From Gemmatimonadota bacterium (GTDB lineage Bacteria > Gemmatimonadota > Gemmatimonadetes > Gemmatimonadales > Gemmatimonadaceae), in contig JAZJZK010000020.1 of the NCBI GenBank assembly GCA_040389905.1, positions 98,977-162,976 on the forward strand: a stretch of DNA of 64,000 bases, written 5' to 3'. A model generated the notes under the pieces. It saw only the letters and a program-made list of their open reading frames with translations. It had not been told where the DNA came from and did not search any database. The first letter of the stretch is position 1; every line of letters begins with the position of its first letter. The translations under genes were made by a program, and so were the position numbers. Below are positions 39,155-48,623 of this stretch, in pieces.

Positions 39155-39351
39155 GGTGGGCTCCGGAAGTGTGCGGTCTCGCCACAGCAACAAGGCATTC
39201 CGTGAACCAGTTGTGTCCTACATCACAAACTCAGTAACGACAACCACTTAGCATCTACCATGGCAATGAAGTGTCTCCCTTCGAGGACAGAAATGTTTCA
39301 GTTTGCGGGGACAACGTTCTCTCGGCGCGGACGGCGCGCTACTTTCACCGC

Positions 39352-39618
39352 ATGATCGAGGACGAAGGCGACGCCGAGCAGTGGACGGAGGAAGACATCG
39401 ATTCCGAGTTTCCGCTTGGTGATGGAACCGCGGAGACGGAGGCGATCGTGGAGTGTCCACACTGCGGGGAACCCAACGAAATCGCGCTCGATCCCGGAGG
39501 CGGCAGCAAACAGGAGTACGTCGAGGATTGCCAGGTCTGCTGCCGGCCGTGGCTCATGTACGTGACGTACGACCGGAAGGGAAACGCCGAGGTCGAGGTG
39601 TACGCGTCGGATTCGTAG
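39352..39618 (+). CDS. CPXCG-motif cysteine-rich protein
   Basis: ECPHCGE...QEYVEDCQVCCRPW. Confidence 0.88.
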   Translation: MIEDEGDAEQWTEEDIDSEFPLGDGTAETEAIVECPHCGEPNEIALDPGGGSKQEYVEDCQVCCRPWLMYVTYDRKGNAEVEVYASDS

Positions 39619-39624
39619 ACGTGA

Positions 39625-39659
39625 AAAGAGGCGGAAGCGCAATGCGCTTCCGCCTCTTT
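39625..39659. terminator. Bidirectional intrinsic terminator
   Basis: AAAGAGGCGGAAGCGC-AAT-GCGCTTCCGCCTCTTT between convergent genes. Confidence 0.85.
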
Positions 39660-39682
39660 CTCTCACCTGCATGACCGATCGA

Positions 39683-41182
39683 TCAGGGAACCAGCGCGTC
39701 CCGCTTCCGGCCTTCCGTGTCGTAGATCTCGAGCGGCCCGAACTTCTTCATCGTCGCCTCGATCTTCTTGCCATCCCCCACCGAAACGATCTGCACCTTG
39801 TCGGGAGCGAGGTACACCTTCGCCGCGTTTTGCACCTGCGCCGACGTGACGGCCATGATACGCGCCGGATACTTGTCCCAGTAGTCCTCCGACAGCTTGT
39901 AGATCCACCGCGTGACGTAGTAGCCAAGCACCTGCTGCGGTGATTCGAGCGAGAGGGCGAAGTTCGCCACCATCGAGCGTTTCTTGTCCTGCAATTCCTT
40001 CGGTGACACCGTGATCTCCCGCATCTGCCGAATCTCGTCCATGAGATCCGTCAGCGCAGGTTCGGTGACCTCGGAACGGACATCGGTGCTCGCCGTCCAC
40101 GTTCCGCGAAAGCGGCCCGCATTCAGGTTGCTGTACGCACCGTACGTATAGCCCTTCTCCTCGCGCAGATGGGTAAAGAGTCGTCCGGTGGGTCCGCCAC
40201 CGATGACCTGGTTCATCATCTGGAGCACGTCATAGTCCTTGTGCAGGCGATCGACACCCGGCGCGCCGACAACGAAGCTCGTCTGCACCGAGTTCGGGCG
40301 GTCGACAAGGTACACCTTCGCCGGGCCTGACATCGGTGGATCCTTCGCCGCAACGACGGGCGTGCCGGCCTTCTTCCAGCCACCCAGCCTGGAATCGACG
40401 AGCTGCCTGGCCTGCTCGAGTGAGATGTCGCCAGAAAATGCGATCGCTGCGTGGTCCGGAACGTAGTGCGACTTGTAGAAGGCAACGAGTTGATCGCGCG
40501 TTACGCTCTTGACGTCATCCGGCGTCATCGAAATACGGCTGCCGGGGTGATCGCCCATCATCACCTTCGAGTACAGCTCCTGAGCGAGGAAGCCCGGACT
40601 CGCCCGCTGCTGTGCCAATTGTGCCGCGGTGCGCTGCTTGTACTTCGCCAGCTCGCTCTCCGGGAAGGTTGGATTCAGCAACACGTCGGCGGCGAGATCG
40701 AAGACCGGACCAAGCTTTTCCGTGAGCGCCGACCCACTGACCTGGGCGTCGAGACCCGACATCGCGGCGTTGACGCCGAAACCAGCCGCCATCGTCTCGA
40801 TCTGTTCCGCGATCTGTGTGGTCGAACGCGTTGGTGTTCCCTCGCGCATCATGAGCGCGGTGATACTCGCAACGCCGTTGGCGTTCGGCGCGTCGAAGTA
40901 GCCGCCGGCCCCGGGGATGATCAACTGAAAGGAGACTTGCGGCGTCCGGTGATCTTCGAGCACGATGAGGTGGATGCCATTGGCGAGATCGGCTTCCTTC
41001 GCTCTCGGAAGCTTGACGTCGAGCACCTTGTCGCTCACCGGTGCTCTGCCCTTCATGACGACGGCCTGCGGCTTGGCGGCCGGCTGTCCCATGACTTGCG
41101 CGGCCGAGCTGTTCGCGATGAGTGGTGCCGCCGCGAGCGCGATGGAAAGCGCCCGGACCAGCGTCTGGGAGTGTGTCATCAC
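39683..41182 (-). CDS. M16 family peptidase, non-catalytic subunit
   Basis: M16 fold, lacks HxxEH, retains RLFTHLREEKGYTYG; signal peptide. Confidence 0.85.
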   Translation of the reverse strand: MMTHSQTLVRALSIALAAAPLIANSSAAQVMGQPAAKPQAVVMKGRAPVSDKVLDVKLPRAKEADLANGIHLIVLEDHRTPQVSFQLIIPGAGGYFDAPNANGVASITALMMREGTPTRSTTQIAEQIETMAAGFGVNAAMSGLDAQVSGSALTEKLGPVFDLAADVLLNPTFPESELAKYKQRTAAQLAQQRASPGFLAQELYSKVMMGDHPGSRISMTPDDVKSVTRDQLVAFYKSHYVPDHAAIAFSGDISLEQARQLVDSRLGGWKKAGTPVVAAKDPPMSGPAKVYLVDRPNSVQTSFVVGAPGVDRLHKDYDVLQMMNQVIGGGPTGRLFTHLREEKGYTYGAYSNLNAGRFRGTWTASTDVRSEVTEPALTDLMDEIRQMREITVSPKELQDKKRSMVANFALSLESPQQVLGYYVTRWIYKLSEDYWDKYPARIMAVTSAQVQNAAKVYLAPDKVQIVSVGDGKKIEATMKKFGPLEIYDTEGRKRDALVP

Positions 41183-42561
41183 TGGGCTCCGCGGCTGGCG
41201 GCCGCCTTGGGGTTCGTCTGGATTACACTGCGATTCGTTGGCACCAGGTACTTCTGCGCGACGCGTTGCACATCCGCCGCCGTCACCGCCTTGATCATGC
41301 CGACGCGCGTATTGATGCGGCCAGGATCATTGTAGAAGAGCGCGTTCTGCGACAGCTGGATGGCGCGCGACAGCGAGCTCTCCTGCGACGCGATCGCACT
41401 CCGCTGCGCGTTCGTCTTGGCTTTGTCCATTTCCCAGTCCGCCGGCGGCGCCGTCTTCAGCTTCTCGATTTCGTCCATCACCGCTTTCTCGGCGTCGGCG
41501 GCCTGTTTGCCCGGCGCGACCGTGATGCCGATCTGGAAGAGTCCGTTGCCGCGGCTCTCGCCCTTGCCGGCGGACACATTGGTCGCGAGCTGCTGCTGTC
41601 GAACGACATTCTCGTAGAAGCGCGAGCTGCGGCCGCCGCCGAGCACCGTACCGAGCACCGACAGCGCCGCGTCGTCCGCGGAACTCGAGGGCGGCACCAT
41701 GTACGACAGGTCGATGCGCGTCGCGCGCGCGAGTGCGTCGTCGAGCGCGATACGCTTTTCGGCTGCCGGCGTCGGCTCCGTCATGTCGACGGCCGGTGGG
41801 GGCGTTTGCGACGGAATACCTTCGAACGCCTTACGGACCTTCGCGAGCGCATCGGCGGCGTTCACATCGCCGACGATCGCCATGACCGCATTGTTCGGTG
41901 CATAGTAGGTCTTGAAGAACGCCTGTACATCCCCAACCGAGGCCGCACTCAGGTCGGCCATCGAGCCGATGACGGAGTGCGAGTAGGCGAAGTTCGTGAA
42001 CGCGAGTGAGTCGATCGCCTCGAACGTCTTGCCGTACGCGGCATTGTCGACGCCGATACGGCGCTCCTCCTGCACCGCGTTGATCTGGTTCTCGAGCGCG
42101 TCCTTCGTAATGACGAGCGACTTCATGCGATCGGCCTCGAGATACAGTCCGAGGTCGAGCTGGTTGCTGGGCAGCGTTTCGTAGTACAGGGTCCGATCCT
42201 TGTTCGTCGTCCCGTTCATGTTGCCGCCGTTATTGAACACCAGCGTGAAGTGCTCACCGGGTCCAACGTTTTCCGAGCCCTTGAACATCATATGCTCGAA
42301 GAGATGCGCGAAACCGGTGCGGCCACGCCGCTCGTCGCGCGATCCCACGTTGTAGCTGATCGCGATCGAGAACACCGGTGCGGTGTGGTCCTCGGCGATG
42401 ATGACGCGAAGGCCGTTCTTGAGCTTCGTGTCGGTGAACTTGAGGTCGGCAACGTTCTTGGTTGGCGCTGAGGCGCCGACCAGAGAGGCCAGGAGCACGG
42501 CGCTGACGACAGCACCGGCTCGGGATGTAAATGGGGTCACGGGGCTCCGGGGTTCGGGCAA
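41179..42561 (-). CDS. M16 family zinc peptidase, catalytic subunit (start uncertain)
   Basis: GFAHLFEHMMFKGS, NGTT, LEADRM, VQEERR. Confidence 0.9.
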   Translation of the reverse strand: MPEPRSPVTPFTSRAGAVVSAVLLASLVGASAPTKNVADLKFTDTKLKNGLRVIIAEDHTAPVFSIAISYNVGSRDERRGRTGFAHLFEHMMFKGSENVGPGEHFTLVFNNGGNMNGTTNKDRTLYYETLPSNQLDLGLYLEADRMKSLVITKDALENQINAVQEERRIGVDNAAYGKTFEAIDSLAFTNFAYSHSVIGSMADLSAASVGDVQAFFKTYYAPNNAVMAIVGDVNAADALAKVRKAFEGIPSQTPPPAVDMTEPTPAAEKRIALDDALARATRIDLSYMVPPSSSADDAALSVLGTVLGGGRSSRFYENVVRQQQLATNVSAGKGESRGNGLFQIGITVAPGKQAADAEKAVMDEIEKLKTAPPADWEMDKAKTNAQRSAIASQESSLSRAIQLSQNALFYNDPGRINTRVGMIKAVTAADVQRVAQKYLVPTNRSVIQTNPKAAASRGAQ

Positions 42562-42662
42562 CGCGGGGTGGGGTTGCTACGATACGTCATTTTCGCCGCG
42601 AATGACATCCCGGTATGACAGTTCTCATCCCGAATTTGGTTGCCCGGTGGGCGGCGCCATGA

Positions 42663-42753
42663 TTGTCACCCTGAGCGAGCGAAGCGAGTCGAAGGGTCTG
42701 CACCTCGTACACAGGCGGCAAGGGCAGATCTCTCGACTTCCCTCGGGACGACA
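42663..42753. repeat. REP-like doublet
   Basis: TTGTCACCCTGAGC..GGGTCTGCAC and GCAGATCTCTCGACTTCCCTCGGGACGACA. Confidence 0.8.
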
Positions 42754-42783
42754 GCCCGACCTGAACCGTAGTGCACCTATGGC

Positions 42784-42896
42784 TGCACCGGAACATTGAA
42801 CGCGGATTGAGCGGATTTGGAACCGAAAAAACGATAAAGCCGTGTTGAAACTGGTTTATCAGTTTTATCCGCTTCAATCGGCTCAATCCGCGTTCA
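42784..42896. repeat. MITE-like element, copy 2
   Basis: TGCACCGGAACATTGAACGCGGATTG...ATCCGCTTCAATCGGCTCAATCCGCGTTCA shared with 18232-18347. Confidence 0.85.
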
Positions 42897-42924
42897 CGGC
42901 TCCGGTGAGTCTACGCCTGGCCGC

Positions 42925-45579
42925 CTACTCCGCTCGCAACGCCAGCATCGGATCCGAGCGACTCACCCGCGCCGCCGGCAGCCAGCACGCCGCGATCGCA
43001 GCGGCCGCGAGGATGAGCGGAACGACCACGAAGGTCAGCGGATCGACCGGCTCCACCCCGTAGAGCAAGGTACGAAGCACTCCAGCCACCGCCGTCGCGA
43101 CGCCCAACCCGATAGCGATGCCGGCGGCCGTGAGCGTCAGCCCACGTCGCACCACGAGCCAACGGACGTCGCTCGCCTGTGCGCCGAGTGCGATCCTGAT
43201 GCCCATCTCGCGGACGCGACCGCGCGCAACGCGCGCCATCACACCATACACACCAACGAGCGCCAGCACGAAGCCGACGAAGGCAAACGCGAACAGCAGC
43301 AGCGTCATGAACCGCTCTCGTGACGACGACTGCGCCACGACCTCGGTCATCGTCTTCACGTCCGCGAGCGCGAGCCCCGGATCGAGGCGTGCGACCGATT
43401 GTCGAAGGAGTGGAACGAGCGCCTCCGGGTCTCGCGTGGCACGAATCACCAGCACCATTGTCCCGCTCCCGCGCTGCGCCGCCGGCTGGAAGATCTCCGG
43501 CTTCGCCGGCTCGGCGAGTGCGCCCTGCCGTTCGCTCCCCACCACGCCGACAATCCGGTACCACACCGACGTCGAGTCCGGCACGCGATTGAATGTTACC
43601 TGCTGTCCCACTGGCTCTTCATTCGGGAAGTACTGTCGCACCGCGGCGTCATTGAGGACGACCACGCCTTCGCCGTCCGCACGGTCTCCTTCGTCGATAT
43701 ACCGGCCCTTGAGCAGTGGCACGCGAAGGGTTTCGAAGTAGCCAGGCAGGACATCGCGATGCACCACGTCCACGCCGATTCGCTCAGCCGGCCATCCGCG
43801 TGCGACGAAATCGCTCGTCCAGCTGGGCTCCGTGAGTGGGAGGACGGAAACCGCGCCCACCGACGCGACACTGGGCAGCGCGCGCGCGGCGTCCGTCAAG
43901 TGCGTCCAGAACGCCTGAATCTTGTAGCTGCTGTCATAGCGGACGCCGGGAAGCGAAACCTTCGTGGTGAGCACGCCTTCGGCGCTGACGCCGGTCTTTA
44001 CCCGCGCGAGGTTGCTGAAGCTTTTGACAAGAAGTCCAGCCCCGAGCGTAAGCACCACGGCAATGGCGACCTCGCCCACGAGGAGGAAGTCGGCCCATCG
44101 CTTCACGCGCACACCGCCGCCAGTCCGTGCGCCATCGCGCATCGCCTCGCCTGGCGCCCGCGTGCGGCTCCAAAGAATCGGCGCGACGCCAAAGAGCAGG
44201 CTGCTCGCCACCGTGATGCAGGCGACATACGCGAGAACAGGCCAGCTGATCGACACCTCGCCCGACGGGAGTAGACCCGCCGGTTGAAGCACGCTGAGCA
44301 ACCGCAACACCCAGAATCCAATGAGGCAGCCCGCAAGTCCGCCAAGCACAGCGAGCACGAGACTCTCCGTCAGCGCCTGCCGCACGAGACGTGAGGCGCG
44401 CGCGCCAAGTGCCAATCGAAGCGCGGTCTCCTGCGTACGCCCAGAGGCATGCACAAGGAGGAGATTTCCCACGTTCGCGCAGGCGATCAACAGCAACAGT
44501 GCAACGGCGCCGAACAGCACGAGCAGCGGACGCTTGCTGTCGCCGATGAGGAACTCGTGCAGTGGCGTCAGGCCGCCGCCCATTTTGGTGTTCGTGGCCG
44601 GATACTCGCGTTGGAGCCGGCCGATCACGGTTTGCAGCTCCGCGTTCGCCTGCGACAGCGTGAATCCATCGCGCAGGCGAGCGACCGGAAGAATCCAGTG
44701 CGCTCGACGAAAGAATGGCCTGGAGCGGGTGGCGGGGTCCCACGCGGTCGGCCGGAACATCTGGGCGGTCACGCCGGGTAAGACAAACTCTGCCGGCAGC
44801 ACACCCGTGACGCGAACGTCGCGACCATTGAGTGAGATCGTCTTCCCCACAAGTGACGCTTCCCCGTGGAAGCGAGCGCGCCAGAGCCCGTACGTGATCA
44901 TGACGGAAGGCTCACGTCCGCTCCACGTCTCGGAATCATCGAACAGACGACCCGCCGCGGGCCGCACGCCAAGCAGTCGAAAGAAGTTTCCGGTGACGGC
45001 GAGCGTCTGGTACACTGCGGGCTCGCCGGTGCCAGTGAGCGTAGCACTCGTGGCAAAGCTCGCGTATCCGGCGACGTCGGAAAACGCGCGGACCTGCTCA
45101 CCCCAGTCCAGCATGTTCGCAGGTGCCGCGCTCGCATGCACCCATCCCCTGTCTTCGTTCTCCTCCCAGAGCATCACGAGCCGGTCAGGACTCGCATAGG
45201 GCAGTGGGCGAAGGAGCACGTCGTGCACGGCGCTGAAGATGGCCACATTCGCCCCGATGCCGAGCATGAGGGTGATGATGGCGGCCGCGGCAAAACCGGG
45301 GTTTCGGCGGAAGGTCCTCAGCGCGAGCCGCGTGTCGACAATGAAATCGTTGACCAGTCGCGTCCCCCGTCCGTCTCGGTGCGCTTCCTTGGCTGCGTCC
45401 ACCGAGCCGAAATCAACCTTTGCGCGCCGATGTGCCTCCTCGGGCGAGAAACCAAGGCGGATGTTCTTCTCCGTCTCGTTTGCGAGGTGAAAGGCAACCT
45501 CCCTCTGAAGCTCGTGCTCGACGCGGGCAGGCTGAACGAATGCGCGCAGTGTCCGACGCATGTTCCTGAAGACCCCCAT
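42925..45579 (-). CDS. ADOP-family duplicated ABC (MacB/FtsX-like) permease
   Basis: EEAHRRAKVDFG prefix, LGIGANVAIFS, LLIACANVGNLLL, REMGIRIALGA, DPMLALRAE; start ATG 45579. Confidence 0.9.
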   Translation of the reverse strand: MGVFRNMRRTLRAFVQPARVEHELQREVAFHLANETEKNIRLGFSPEEAHRRAKVDFGSVDAAKEAHRDGRGTRLVNDFIVDTRLALRTFRRNPGFAAAAIITLMLGIGANVAIFSAVHDVLLRPLPYASPDRLVMLWEENEDRGWVHASAAPANMLDWGEQVRAFSDVAGYASFATSATLTGTGEPAVYQTLAVTGNFFRLLGVRPAAGRLFDDSETWSGREPSVMITYGLWRARFHGEASLVGKTISLNGRDVRVTGVLPAEFVLPGVTAQMFRPTAWDPATRSRPFFRRAHWILPVARLRDGFTLSQANAELQTVIGRLQREYPATNTKMGGGLTPLHEFLIGDSKRPLLVLFGAVALLLLIACANVGNLLLVHASGRTQETALRLALGARASRLVRQALTESLVLAVLGGLAGCLIGFWVLRLLSVLQPAGLLPSGEVSISWPVLAYVACITVASSLLFGVAPILWSRTRAPGEAMRDGARTGGGVRVKRWADFLLVGEVAIAVVLTLGAGLLVKSFSNLARVKTGVSAEGVLTTKVSLPGVRYDSSYKIQAFWTHLTDAARALPSVASVGAVSVLPLTEPSWTSDFVARGWPAERIGVDVVHRDVLPGYFETLRVPLLKGRYIDEGDRADGEGVVVLNDAAVRQYFPNEEPVGQQVTFNRVPDSTSVWYRIVGVVGSERQGALAEPAKPEIFQPAAQRGSGTMVLVIRATRDPEALVPLLRQSVARLDPGLALADVKTMTEVVAQSSSRERFMTLLLFAFAFVGFVLALVGVYGVMARVARGRVREMGIRIALGAQASDVRWLVVRRGLTLTAAGIAIGLGVATAVAGVLRTLLYGVEPVDPLTFVVVPLILAAAAIAACWLPAARVSRSDPMLALRAE

Positions 45580-45581
45580 GG

Positions 45582-45926
45582 TCAGGTGGTCTCCAGAATG
45601 AGGTCGACCGCAGTGACGTACCGCCGCCAGTTCGCCGTTTCGACACCGAGTGCTTTGCGCCCCTGCGCCGTGAGCCGATAGTACTTCGCTTCCCGGTTGT
45701 TTTCGGTGGTTTTCCATTCGCTGTCGATCCAGTCGTTGCGCTCGAGACGCTGGAGTGCCGGATACAACGAGCCCTGATTCACGTCGAGCACTCCGCGGGA
45801 CATCTGCTGGATTCGCTGGCTGATCCCCCAGCCATGCATGGGCTCGAGCGCGAGTGTCTTGAGGACGAGCAGGTCCAGGGTGCCACGCAGGACGTCGGAG
45901 GAAGCGGGTGCCACGGGCCCTCTCAT
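45582..45926 (-). CDS. PadR family transcriptional regulator (acidobacterial type)
   Basis: GTLDLLVLKTL, MHGWGI, QGSLYPALQRLE, ENNREAKYY; directly upstream of ADOP permease. Confidence 0.92.
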   Translation of the reverse strand: MRGPVAPASSDVLRGTLDLLVLKTLALEPMHGWGISQRIQQMSRGVLDVNQGSLYPALQRLERNDWIDSEWKTTENNREAKYYRLTAQGRKALGVETANWRRYVTAVDLILETT

Positions 45927-46059
45927 GTCGGGTTCCTAGGGAAGGTTGCCATTCTTCTGTAGGAAGTCAAGAGGAGTATGCCGAGGCGCGCGCGGCGTTG
46001 GCTCGACCATGGCGTTCCGGGTGGCATTGACGATGGCCGACAGGCACCGTACGTTGAAT

Positions 46060-46095
46060 CTGAACTATATTCAGTATTGTCTGAATATTGTTCAG
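46060..46095. promoter_or_regulatory. Tandem palindromic operators, probable TetR sites
   Basis: CTGAACTATATTCAG (46060-46074) and CTGAATATTGTTCAG (46081-46095), 21 bp apart, just upstream of a TetR gene. Confidence 0.75.
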
Positions 46096-46116
46096 TTTAT
46101 CCCATGGGAGAACGGC

Positions 46117-46800
46117 GTGAACACCCTGCCCACCGTCGCCACGGCGCCCGTGCAACAGCGGGCGCGAGCCCTCATCGACCGCGTGGCGGCGGCGACAAGC
46201 GCGCTGCTCGCTGAGCGCGACTTCGAGGACATCACCGTCGCCGACATCGCGCGGCGCGCTGGCGTCTCCGTCGGCGTCGTCTACACGCGCTTCGCCACCA
46301 AGGAGCACCTGCTCGCACATCTCGCGCGGGACCTCACGCCCGCCCTTCTCGCGCGCGTCGAGTCCGCACTCGCGGAGGAACGCACGGCCACCCTCTCTAT
46401 CCGGGAAATCGCGGAGCGGTATTTCCTGATCGCGGCGACTGCATTCGTCAGGCACCGCGCCGTGCTCCGCCCGCTCTCGCTGATCGTGCGGATCGAAGCA
46501 CACCGTGAGCTGCGTCTGTTGACCGCATCCTTCAATGCCGGCGTGCATGCGATCCTGCGCCAGCGCCTCCTCGCTCATCGCGAACACATCCACAGCGAGG
46601 ATCCCGAGGCGGCGGTGGACTTCGCGATCCTCGCCGCCTCAGCCGCGCTGCGTGAAGTCGTCCTCTATGGCGATCCCGTGTCTCGCCTCTCGCGTCATCA
46701 GCGGCAGGTGGTCTCCGATTGCGCTCGGCTCTGCGCGTCGTTCCTCGTGTCTCGCAACGACGAGGACGGGCGCTCCTCCAGCCCCGAGAACCGATCGTGA
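46117..46800 (+). CDS. TetR/AcrR family regulator
   Basis: ITVADIARRAGVSVGVVYTRFATKEHL HTH; GGGAG RBS before GTG 46117. Confidence 0.88.
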   Translation: MNTLPTVATAPVQQRARALIDRVAAATSALLAERDFEDITVADIARRAGVSVGVVYTRFATKEHLLAHLARDLTPALLARVESALAEERTATLSIREIAERYFLIAATAFVRHRAVLRPLSLIVRIEAHRELRLLTASFNAGVHAILRQRLLAHREHIHSEDPEAAVDFAILAASAALREVVLYGDPVSRLSRHQRQVVSDCARLCASFLVSRNDEDGRSSSPENRS

Positions 46801-48623
46801 GTCGTTGTCTCGTGCGCGCGAAGGCGCTCATCGTCGGCCTCCTCGCGCTCGGGATGGCCGCAGAATCTGGCATGGCGCAGCTCGCCTCCGTCGATTCGGC
46901 ATCTGACCAGCGCGTACGCGACTGGATTCGCGCGGAAGTTCCGCGTCTCATGAAGCGGCTCGATGTGCCGGGCGCCGTTGTCACGATCGTACGCGGTGAT
47001 CGCCTCATTGTGAACGATGGGTTCGGCGTCGCGGACGTTTTGCAGCGCACACCCGTCAACGCAGCGACCACGGTGTTCCGCATCGCCAGCGTGGCGAAGG
47101 TCTTCAGCGCCCTCGCCATCCTGCGCGCTGCCGAATCGCGCCACGTTGGGCTGTCGCAGGATATCCGCCCTTTCCTGGCCGACATCCTGTCGCGAGATGA
47201 CCTGAACGCGCCGATCACGCTCCATCAGCTGCTGACGCACACCGCTGGATTCGATGAGCAGTTGATCGGTTACATCAATCGGCCCGGCGTGTCTGCTGCG
47301 CGGCTCGCGGAGTACTTGAAGACGTCGCTACCGCCTCGAAGCCGTGCGCCTGGCGACGTTCCGGGATACTCCAATCATGGATTCGGTCTCGCAGGACTCC
47401 TGGCGGAGCGATTGACGGGGCTACCCTTCGATCGTTATGCGCGAGACAGCGTGTTTCGGGTGGTCGGCATGCCGAACACGGCCTTCCTGCTCGACCCGGC
47501 GGGCAGCGCACCACCCAATCTCGCCCGTGAGTATCGGTCGAACGGCAGCGTGCGCGTGCCGCGCTCCAGTCGCGCCTATCCCGCAGGGAACGTCGGCACG
47601 ACGGGGTCCGACATGGCGGCGTTCATGCGTTGGGTGCTCGCCGCACTTCGGTCAGCCGATACGGGGCAGGCGCGTGCTCGCCTCGTGCGGCAACTCGCGG
47701 GGCCGATGCTCACATACGATTCCGCACTTCCGCCAATGGGATATGGATTCAACGGGGTGCCCTTCAGCGGACGAGTCCTCTGGATGAAGGGTGGCGCGGC
47801 ACCGTCGCATTCGGCGGTGCTTGCCCTGATCCCGGAACTCGACATCGCCTTCTTCATTGCACTCAACCGGCAGGAGCCCTTGATGTGGGACCGCCTCATC
47901 CCGCGGCTCGTTGCAACGTTCTGGGCCGACACGGTCGTGCATGCGGAGCCGCAGCTTGCGGACGCGACGAAGGTCGCGGGCGACTACCTGTGGACACGGG
48001 CGCCGCTCGCATCGCCAGAAAAGCTCTTGGGCCTCGCCGCGCAATTGCACGTTGAAACCTCCGGCACAGGTATTGACGTCTCGGGACCGGAGTTGTCGGG
48101 CCATTGGATGCGTGTGAGTGCGCGGACGTTTCGCGATTCGACCGGCCGACTCATGGCGTTCAGGCCGGATACGACGGGTTACGCGGCGTTAGCTTTCGCG
48201 ATCGTGCAGGGTCAACCGGTGTCCTTTGAAAGGATCGGTATTGCCAGTACGACGCGATTTCAGCTCGGTGTGCTCGTCGTCGGCTCGCTGCTGGCGCTCT
48301 CGGCCGCCTTCGCTGCGCGCGCTCACCAGAGTGCCGTACGCTGGACAGTGCTCATACTCCCACTTGCTGACGTCGCGATGCTCGTCGCCGCGCTGATGCT
48401 CGCGCGCCAATCCGACCTACTGCCTGAGGGACCGACCGGGACGTACCGCGTGGCCATCTTGCTCACCACACTCACCGGAGTGCTCTCGGTCACGCAAATG
48501 CTCGGTGCTGCCTACCTCGCCGTGCAACCGAGCGGGGCACTCCGTCGCCTGCTCCTCGCCTGCGGTGCGGCGGGCGGATTGGGTATCGCATGGTTCCTCG
48601 GCAGCAATCACCTCATTGGCTAG
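46797..48623 (+). CDS. Serine hydrolase (beta-lactamase class C / S12-like) with C-terminal membrane helices
   Basis: FRIASVAK SxxK, LLTHTAG, YSN, KGG; about four C-terminal TM helices; GTGA overlap with TetR. Confidence 0.82.
   Translation: MSRCLVRAKALIVGLLALGMAAESGMAQLASVDSASDQRVRDWIRAEVPRLMKRLDVPGAVVTIVRGDRLIVNDGFGVADVLQRTPVNAATTVFRIASVAKVFSALAILRAAESRHVGLSQDIRPFLADILSRDDLNAPITLHQLLTHTAGFDEQLIGYINRPGVSAARLAEYLKTSLPPRSRAPGDVPGYSNHGFGLAGLLAERLTGLPFDRYARDSVFRVVGMPNTAFLLDPAGSAPPNLAREYRSNGSVRVPRSSRAYPAGNVGTTGSDMAAFMRWVLAALRSADTGQARARLVRQLAGPMLTYDSALPPMGYGFNGVPFSGRVLWMKGGAAPSHSAVLALIPELDIAFFIALNRQEPLMWDRLIPRLVATFWADTVVHAEPQLADATKVAGDYLWTRAPLASPEKLLGLAAQLHVETSGTGIDVSGPELSGHWMRVSARTFRDSTGRLMAFRPDTTGYAALAFAIVQGQPVSFERIGIASTTRFQLGVLVVGSLLALSAAFAARAHQSAVRWTVLILPLADVAMLVAALMLARQSDLLPEGPTGTYRVAILLTTLTGVLSVTQMLGAAYLAVQPSGALRRLLLACGAAGGLGIAWFLGSNHLIG

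Noticed and set aside
39683..41182. M16 gene lacking HxxEH as a pseudogene
   Set aside because: Frame is intact and catalytic/non-catalytic M16B pairs are a known heterodimer arrangement
42925..45926. PadR plus ABC permease without an ATPase as a novel system
   Set aside because: Matches the described ADOP orphan permease and PadR pairing
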